Below, in pieces: positions 58,475-64,000 of a DNA stretch of 64,000 nt. The stretch comes from Macrostomum lignano. Its lineage: Eukaryota. The stretch's first letter is position 1. Every line of letters starts with the position of its first letter. Both the position numbers and the translations under genes were made by a program. The stretch is from assembly GCA_002269645.1 (NCBI GenBank), contig NIVC01000618.1:445711-509710 (forward strand), written 5' to 3'. The notes beneath the pieces were generated by a model. It was not told the DNA's origin. It made no database searches and saw only the letters and a list, made by a program, of their open reading frames with translations.

Positions 58475-58669
58475 CTAACCGATGCGGACCCTAACCCTGA
58501 AGATCTTCTTCTTCAGGTCCATGGCCTTCTCCTCCGACACGTTGGGCTCGTCCAGGTTGGACAGAGTCTCCTCCAGCACACGTTCGGCCATGGCCTTCTC
58601 CTCCTGGCTGGGCACGGCGACGGCCAGGGCTGCGCACAGCAAAAGTCCGAGAGCGAGTTGCCACTTCAT
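58475..58669 (-). CDS. Secreted peptide precursor C (signal + acidic pro + KKKIFRVRVRI-G)
   Basis: Close paralog of A with the same architecture and the shared promoter core at 58761-58793. Confidence 0.9.
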   Translation of the reverse strand: MKWQLALGLLLCAALAVAVPSQEEKAMAERVLEETLSNLDEPNVSEEKAMDLKKKIFRVRVRIG

Positions 58670-58760
58670 GATTGCTTGAGTCGAGTTGAGTCGAGTCTTC
58701 GAGCTGTGTGTAGATTGAGTCGAGTTTGAAGTTGAATTCTTGAGCAGTTGGGAGTTACGA

Positions 58761-58793
58761 ATTTATGCACATCGGATTGGCACGTGTTTCCGG
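58761..58793 (-). promoter_or_regulatory. Conserved promoter core of peptide gene C
   Basis: 32/33 match to the gene A core on the minus strand. Confidence 0.75.
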
Positions 58794-59446
58794 TCGGAGG
58801 AGCGACGCTGTTTGACCTGTCTTCTTTTAACGGAGCAGAGTCTGGGTGACTGAGCAGTAATTGCTCTTTTGATGACAGTGAGCAATTAAACAATTAACGC
58901 GAGAATGAATTTCAAGTAGAAGTGTATTCGCCTAGTTTAAAGCTCATCAATTAAGTTTATTGACAGATTCTAATGGTTAAGGTTCGTTGGTATTTGTCCC
59001 CTTCATTTTTTCTCGGGGTATTTCCTAATATTTTTAAAGGCTACATAACCGAAATAGAAGAAATTTAAATTATCTAATTAACTATATTATCTTAGTAAAG
59101 GCAGCGGAGCTGTGTGAAATTTAAGCGACACAGGCAAGTGACAGAAATCTAATTGCAGAGACAGATTTATTATATATTTTCAGGAATGGCATTTCCGTGT
59201 GCTAAATTAGACTTGGACTTCTAGCGTTCTCGTAAGTAGTCAGTGAATCGAAAAAAAGAATGCCCTTGTCATGAAATAGGAAAACATTACAAATTCTGAG
59301 TCTAAACTCTTTATGAGGCTCATACTCATATACCTAAAACAAGGTGAACTAAAACGGTAAACGGCAGTAACAAGTGAAGGTGGCTAATCGATCATTATTG
59401 ACTATCTACTTCAGTATTATCAATAGTTACATATATCTTGTCTAGC

Positions 59447-62374
59447 TGTTGTGTTCTAGTGACACAGAGAGTTTCGTTTGATTGTAGCTTTTTGAGCTCA
59501 GAGATACACATCTCGCTCACAATATATTTATAGAGATCAAACTCCTACTTGCACGTTGCACGTTGCACGTTGCAATCTCCTACTCATTCTAGTATGAGTA
59601 CAGTATACACCCACGCATTCAATAAGGCCAATAGTTCATTGTCAGTAGTCAGTTCATTGCGCGAGCATTGTCAATCACAACATTCTTTCCCCTTCCGGAA
59701 GAGGATAACACGCCGGTTGCCGTCGAGCTCGAGTCGACCTTCGGAGCGCCGCCTCGGGTAGTGGCTCGCCAGGCGGTGGTGGCGGCACCGTCGCCGCCCT
59801 GGCCACCGGCTCAGGCAGCAGGAGCGCCTCGAACAGCTCGTCCGCTCGGTCTTTGCTTCGCCTTCGCTTGTTGGTGTAGTCGGCATTCTTAGCTCGCCTC
59901 TGTGCGATGCTGTCGCGCAGGTCGTCGTCGCTCGGCAGTTGCTCTTGAGTCGGCCTGAGTAGTTTGCCTGAGGAGCCGCCGCGACCTCGCGGAAGATGTC
60001 GATTTCGATCTTGTCCCATGGACCTGCTGGCCACTCGTCTGTTGAGGCTTGCCAGACTCCTCCCCCAGAGTGCAGGCCGTGCAGTTCTCGACGTAGTCCT
60101 CCACCTGCCGGTCAATTCCAGGAAACCAGACCGTGTCGCGGCACCGCTGCATAGACCGAAAGACCCGGATGCCCTTCGTGGGCCTCCTCGATGACTTGAA
60201 GTCGCAGGCTCGTCGGGATGATCGCGCGTTCACACGACCGAGGCACTGACCGTACTTCCAGCAGAACAGCTCGTCCCGGACGTTGAAGTACGGCTTCAGA
60301 GAGCTGTCCACCTTCGTCGGCCAGCCACCCGAGATGTACGCAGAACCGGCTGCAGCACTTCGTCCTCCTTGGTCGCCGTTGCCAGTGCGTCTGCCGTCAG
60401 CGTTGTCTTCGAGTTGACGACTGCGTAGACGTAACCTCCTCATCAGTCTCCTCGGCTGGAACACGCTCCTTCGTGGCCCATCTGGACAGCATGTCCGCGC
60501 ACACTTGTTGTCAGCGCCAGGGATGTGCTCAAACCGGACGTCGTAGCCGCGAAGTCTCGACCCATCGATGATGTGCCCCATGCCTTTCGAGTCGAGCAGA
60601 GTTGTCAGGGCCTTGTGGTCGGTGCGCAGCGTTACTCGTCTGCCGTATAGATAGTAGTGCCAGCGTTCGATGCTTCATACACAGGCCAGGGCTTGTCGCT
60701 CTCCGGCTGAGTATCGCTTTTCCGCTGGGCTGAGTGCTCTCGATGCGAACGCGATTGGCACCTTTTTCCGTTTTGTACTTGGCTGAGTACCACCCCAGTC
60801 CGTCTAGACTTGCATCGCAGGTGACGTACGTCTCAGCTTGGCAGTCAAAATGAACTAACACTGGGCTGCTGGTTACGGCTGACTTGAGTGTACGGAAGGC
60901 TGTACGTTCTCGCTCACCCCAGTGCCAGTCCGCGTCCTTTTTGAGCAGTTGTCTCAGAGCTCGGCGATCGCTGAGTAATGCGGTATGAACTTGTGCAAAA
61001 AGTTCACTGCGCCGAGGAACGATTAAATTTGCGCGACCGTTTTTGGCTCAGGAATTCTTAGAATTGCGTCGATGTTGGACTTGGTCGGTTTGAGGCCGTC
61101 TGCAGAGATGACCAATCCGAAGAAATCCACGCTCGCCTGCCGGAATTTGCACTTCTCTCGATTGAGTGTAAAGCCTTCGCGGTGAATTCGCCCTAAGACT
61201 TCTCGGAGGTTCTTGTCGTGCTCAGTCTCGTGCTTGCCGTGCACCAGGATGTCGTCCACGATGTTGATGGCGCCTGGAGCTCCTCGAAGCACCGTCTGCA
61301 GGGCTCGCTGGAAGGCAGCTCCGGAGCTGGATAGCCCGAATGTCACCACAGTGAACTGGTACAGGCCGGCATCGGTGATGAAGCACGTTAGTCCTCGAGA
61401 GTCTGGATGCAGTGGAATCTGCTGGTAGCCTTGACGTAGGTCCAGCTTGCTGAAGCACTTCGAGCCGTTGATGCTGGCCGATAGGTCCTCGATTGACGGT
61501 ACCGGATAGCTGTCCGCGATCACCGCCCGTTGACCTGCCGCAGATCCACGCAGAGACGAACCTTGTTGGACTCCTTCTTGCGCGTCACGACTACGTTGCT
61601 GACCCACTCGGACGCGTCGACTTTCTCAATGATGCCCTGTTGCTCCATCCGGCTGATCTCTGACGTCACTTCGTCCTTCAGGCCGATCGGCAGCTTCCGC
61701 ATTGGCTCAGACACTGGCTTGACCGAGGCGTCGATCTTTGTCCGGTTAATGAAGCTCTTGGACCGGCCCAGACCGTCGAAGATTCCGGAGAAGTCGCGCT
61801 CGATCGTAGTCTCGCTGATGCTCATCACTCTTTTCGCCTTGGAAGATTCTGAATCCGAGGGCCTAAAACAGGTCGCGGCCCAGGATCTTCGCTCTTTTGT
61901 CGGCGACATAGAATGTGGCTTCTGTCCAGATGTCGTTAAACGTCACTGGAAGCTCGACCTTGCCGATGGTTTTGATCGCAAATCCGCCGTATGCCTCCAG
62001 TCTTGTGCTCGTCGGGAGCAGCGGGTGCCTAGCGAAGGATTTCTTGAACGTCTCCGTGTTGAGCAATGAGACGGCAGCACCGCAGTCGATTTGTAGTCGG
62101 ATCATTTGTAGTCGCAGAATAAGTTGTCGATGCTCCTGTTGTTCACTGCCAAGACCGCAAGGCTAGACTTTGATTGTAGCTTTTTGAGCTCAGCGATACA
62201 CATCTCGCTCACAATATATTTATAGAGATCAAACTCCTACTTGCACGTTGCACGTTGCACGTTGCAATCTCCTACTCATTCTAGTATGAGTACAGTATAC
62301 GCCCACGCATTCAATAAGGCCAATAGTTCATTGTCAGTAGTCAGTTCATTGCGCGAGCATTGTCAATCACAACA
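59447..62374 (-). mobile_element. Internally deleted Ty3/Gypsy derivative
   Basis: Termini TGTTGTG...CACAACA; TSD CTAGC (59442-59446, 62375-62379); full LTR 59447-59682, truncated LTR 62169-62374; PPT; frameshifted pol pieces (IDCGAA protease, IVDDILVHG RT, TCDASLDGLG RNase H); no gag or PBS. Confidence 0.9.
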
Positions 62375-63467
62375 CTAGCAATGCAGGGAAAATAAGTCGG
62401 GATCATGAAAACGGGAGCATTGTGTGAGAGCGTCAGATTAAGAAAATGAGCGGCGCTAGGGGAGAAGGAGAGGGAAGAGGTTGAGTGCGAAGCAGGGAGG
62501 TAGAGACAGTGTAGGGAGAAAGAGTTACGGCATAGAAAGAAGAAATGGTTCGAAATTCAGTAGCTACAGTAGTAGTTTCACAGCTAAATGAAAGTTGATG
62601 AGTGTATTAGCTCTGCTTCCGTCTGTCTCCATCTGAGTTTCTACGCATATCTGATAAGCCCTAACGCAGGCTAGCGTCACAAGTCGAAAGACAAGTCAAG
62701 GCGTATTTGAGCCTGATATAAAATTTACCCAAGCAACAGGCTTGCTTGCTTTGAGAGTTTTAACCGTTTCGTTTGACCTGAAGCTACCAGTCTAAGCGTG
62801 CAATTTGGACTCCGAGGAGGTGCTACTTTTCTCCAACAAGGCCGTCGGCTGTTTTGAAGCTGCCGATTTGACTAAAAACATCACTGTTACAGTCAATTAG
62901 TCCGCATGCGGGGTGTCAACCCTGACTTTTAGGCGGCCGACAGACAAAGACTACTGGCAGCACTACTCGATGCAAATAGTGCTCGTGCTCAGCGACTCAG
63001 CACTCACGAGTGCGACCTCGGCACCAGCGCCTCCCTCCCACAAAATCTGATTCTATCTTGGCAAGTGAAGAATCGATCTGGACATCAAGATCTATTTAAA
63101 CAAAGCAGTTTCAATGATGAATTTTTAGTTATTAAATTCGTATCCTTGACTGAATGGAAGTTAGGCCGGATGATCTATTACAAGCAGCCAATCATTAGCT
63201 ACGAGTTATATGCATTTAGGTACCAGTCCTCCACACAGCGACTTTCGAATTGCAAATTGAAACTAAAATAGCTCAACGATACGACTTTTAACTTTTAGTT
63301 TGCTGAGTGCTTGAACGGTTGTGATTGTTGTTATATTTGGTAGAACTAATCAGTAAACAAGTGCTTTTAAAATTTCACTCTGAATACCGGTCACAAGTCA
63401 GGGTTCAGAGTCAAGCCAGTCATATACGGTGAAGGGACTTCAATCTCAGGTGTATCTGAGAGCTCAT

Positions 63468-63647
63468 CTAACCAATCCTGACACGAAGACGGACGAACTT
63501 CTTCTTCAGCTTCGGAAACTGCTCCCGACACGCTGACTCGTCCAGGTTGGACAGAGTCTCCTCCACACATCGTCGGCCATGGCCTTCTCCTCCTGGCTGG
63601 CACGGCGACGGCCAGGGCTCGCACAGCAAAAGTCCGAGAGCGAGTTG
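63468..63647 (-). pseudogene. Degenerate peptide precursor D (C-terminus KLKKKFVRLRVRI-G)
   Basis: Homologous to A and C but the ATG region is deleted and there are several 1-bp deletions; promoter core remnant at 63718-63748. Confidence 0.8.
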
Positions 63648-64000
63648 TTCTTTTGACTATTCGAGCTAGATTGAGTCGAGTTTGAGTTGACTTCTTTGAG
63701 GCAGTTGGAGTTTCCGAATTTATGCGCATCGGATTGGCACGTTCTGGTCGGGGAGCGACGCTTGTTTGACCTGTTTCTTCACGTGAGAATAGCGGAACAG
63801 AGACTGTCTTGCTTTCCTACAAGAAATGATGCAGCTTTTGTTTGCTTGACGACAGCTGTCAGTCAAACAGATAACTCTTGAGAATTTTCTCTCTGAAACT
63901 GGTCTATAGACCATTCGGATTAAGCTATTTGACTTTTAGTTGCATAGTAGAGTTTACCGTCAGTCTACAGCTGACTTGTAATTGTTTGCGCAGAATAGAT

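Overview
Eukaryotic, intron-rich, repeat-rich animal DNA. The style suggests an invertebrate, possibly a flatworm such as Macrostomum; this is inference only. (1) <1-19570 (+): the 3' part of a T-type voltage-gated Ca2+ channel (Cav3) gene, from the I-II linker through domains II-IV to the C-terminus. (2) ~22.4-43.0 kb (-): a multi-exon AIP3-domain coiled-coil gene (SRCIN1/KIAA1217-like) converging on Cav3. One intron holds a Ty3/Gypsy element with an intact pol, a -1 frameshift signal and (GATA)n on both sides; another holds a Penelope-like 3' fragment with a minimal hammerhead ribozyme. (3) 44-64 kb: a cluster of four paralogous intronless genes (three intact, one degenerate) for ~65-72 aa secreted precursors. 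Each has a signal peptide, an acidic pro-piece and a short Cys-free cationic peptide of alternating Arg/hydrophobic residues ending in Gly-stop. They share a 33-bp promoter core, and two orphan copies of that core also occur. This cluster is the best candidate for an undescribed system (host-defence/toxin-like or neuropeptide-like). It is interleaved with a full-length BEL/Pao retrotransposon (apparently identical LTRs, 5-bp TSD) and a deleted Gypsy derivative. SINEs, MITEs and mini/microsatellites are scattered throughout. Exon coordinates were derived by hand from GT-AG sites and reading-frame phase.
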